From NCBI GenBank assembly GCA_036172245.1, contig JAYWIR010000009.1, positions 3,782,001-3,846,000 of the forward strand: a stretch of 64,000 nucleotides of DNA, in the 5' to 3' direction. Shown in pieces: positions 62,560 through 64,000 of the stretch (the stretch's first letter is position 1; every line of letters begins with the position of its first letter). This DNA comes from Raillietiella orientalis. Taxonomy: Eukaryota. Under the pieces are notes generated by a model. The model was not told the origin of the DNA, did not search any database, and worked only from the letters and a program-made list of their open reading frames with translations. Both the position numbers and the translations under genes were made by a program.

Positions 62560-63450
62560 TAGAGAGAATTTCCACTGCCACCTGGCCATTGTCCACATAT
62601 GATCCTGGTGGATGACGCAAGTAGCCGGAACTCCGCTCCTCTCAGCCGAGGTCAGCTCACGCAGCACGCGCTCATCGTTTCGCGCGCGAGGCGACCAGCC
62701 CTGCGTGTCAGAGGAACAAGGGTGTCGGGGTCGCCGCCTCCTCTTTGGGATCGATCCCTCCCTTCCTAGGAGAACTCTGGCCGTCGCGCATCACCCCGTA
62801 TCCCGAAGATCCCGCGACGGCTGCCCACACAGTTCCAAGGACTCCGTTCGGCGCGCGGAGAGGTCAGCCCGTCCGAGAGCGTGCACTTGTCGCTGCTGTG
62901 GCCCTGCGTGCTCGCGCGGAACACCGCGACCGAGATGACTTCCGTGCCTAGTCGCTGGAGGACCAAGTCTGGTCTGGAACGTACCGGCGGGAGGCCATTG
63001 CCAGCGGCTGGCGATGCGGTTTCCCTCTACCCAGGCGCATGCTCCATCGGCCCCATTTTTCGGATAAGCGGTGAGCTCACTGGAGGGCCCCGCATGCGCT
63101 CTTCGGCCTGAGGCGAAATGTCTAGGCGCACGATGGCTGTTTATCTGGACCTCTTCGATCCCGTCGCTCAGAGATCAGCTTCTCCGAGCAGCGCGCCATC
63201 CACGGTCATCTCCTTCCTTACAGGGTCGTCGGACGGCGGGGGCACGGTCTTTTGGCCCCGCGCTTCCGGAAGGTCCGCTCCCGGACGCGCATCTTCCCAC
63301 CGTCGCTTCCACTTCCACCCGGCTGGCATGGATCCTCTCGGAGGATGGTCCGACGGCGGCTCCTGCGCGTGCACACGCCCTCTGGCTGCCGGCCGTCCCG
63401 TTCCGAGGGGCGGATCGTGCACGGCAGACTCCGATGAGGGGAAGGGCGGA
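62560..63450 (-). mobile_element. Decayed Tx1-type ORF1 relic
   Basis: VFRASTQGHSSDKC resembles a CCHC knuckle. The upstream GWKWKRRWE... segment resembles the minus-strand 21.9-22.2 kb and 56.3-56.5 kb segments. Confidence 0.4.
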
Positions 63451-63559
63451 TGGCAGCACTACCCGCCCCCCCCCCCTTCCCTTCTTTCCTCTTTGTATGT
63501 TCGAAGGACACGGGCCCTCATCTGGCCCGGTGGTTGGCAACCCTGCCTGGAGGATGGAT

Positions 63560-63975
63560 CCCTCGCGTGACGGCTGTGCGTTGCTCTGCTTCGGACAAGT
63601 GCGACCGGCAGGGTGCTTCCCGACTGCTCTTCTTCCGGGACATTGAGGAGTTGGTTCTCTCCAGAATTCCCCTCCGGTTGGGAAAAAGGAGCTGTCGCCA
63701 ATCTTGGGAAGGAGGAAGGGAGAGAAAAAAGCAGGGAGCGGATCCCTTGTGGGAGGTTCCTCCGGGGAAAAAATTCCAGGAACAGATCCTTTCCAAGTTC
63801 CCTCCAGAGAGAACGAAGAAGAGGAGATTCCTTTCGGGATTGCCTTCGGAGACAGCCCAGACTGAAAGGTTCCCTTCGGGTTTCCCTCCCAAGCGTGAAT
63901 GGGATGGACCATTTCCTCCGGGGTCTTCCTGGATTCATAAGAAGGTCCCTCCGGCGTTGATTCCTAACTTTTAAA
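63560..63975 (+). mobile_element. Third copy of the tRNA-headed repeat family (body plus tandem monomer region)
   Basis: CCGGGACATTGAGGAGT and CCTCCGGTTGGGAAAAAGGAGC match 20018-20100. GGAGCGGATCCCTTG...GGAACAGATCCTTTCC...CTTCCTGGATTCATA matches 50815-51050. Confidence 0.7.
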
Positions 63976-64000
63976 GTTAGGGGTCACCCTAGAAGGCGGA

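Overview
This is eukaryotic genomic DNA, probably arthropod: it has spliceosomal introns, microsatellites and degenerate TTAGG tracts, and nothing suggests a prokaryote. I can support two host genes. (1) The first coding exon of a TASK-type two-pore K+ channel (minus strand, 1173-1047); the gene continues off the left edge. (2) A spliced USPL1-like gene (plus strand, about 42.6-44.0 kb) that has only the N-terminal Cys4 domain and no SUMO-isopeptidase domain. It lies in a sharply bounded AT-rich, CpG-poor island (about 41.3-45.4 kb). The rest is GC/CpG-rich non-coding DNA with many heavily decayed L1/Tx1-type LINE relics (ORF1 zinc knuckles, APE endonuclease, RT, C-terminal zinc finger), one Penelope-like GIY-YIG relic with a degenerate hammerhead, and simple repeats. 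Nearly all long ORFs in the supplied track are GC-rich artefacts. The most interesting leads are: a tRNA-like Pol III head colinear with LINE ORF1/ORF2 in two copies; a two-hairpin 3' tail shared by several LINE copies; three TTAGG-like tracts inside LINE relics, one flanked by a 46-bp duplication; a 42-nt stop-containing intron that could switch the USPL1-like gene to a zinc-domain microprotein; a perfect 4-unit heat-shock element and stacked uORFs ahead of the TASK exon; and a perfect 49-bp inverted repeat spanning 1.1 kb. All homology calls come from motifs recognised by eye, not database searches, and relic boundaries are approximate.
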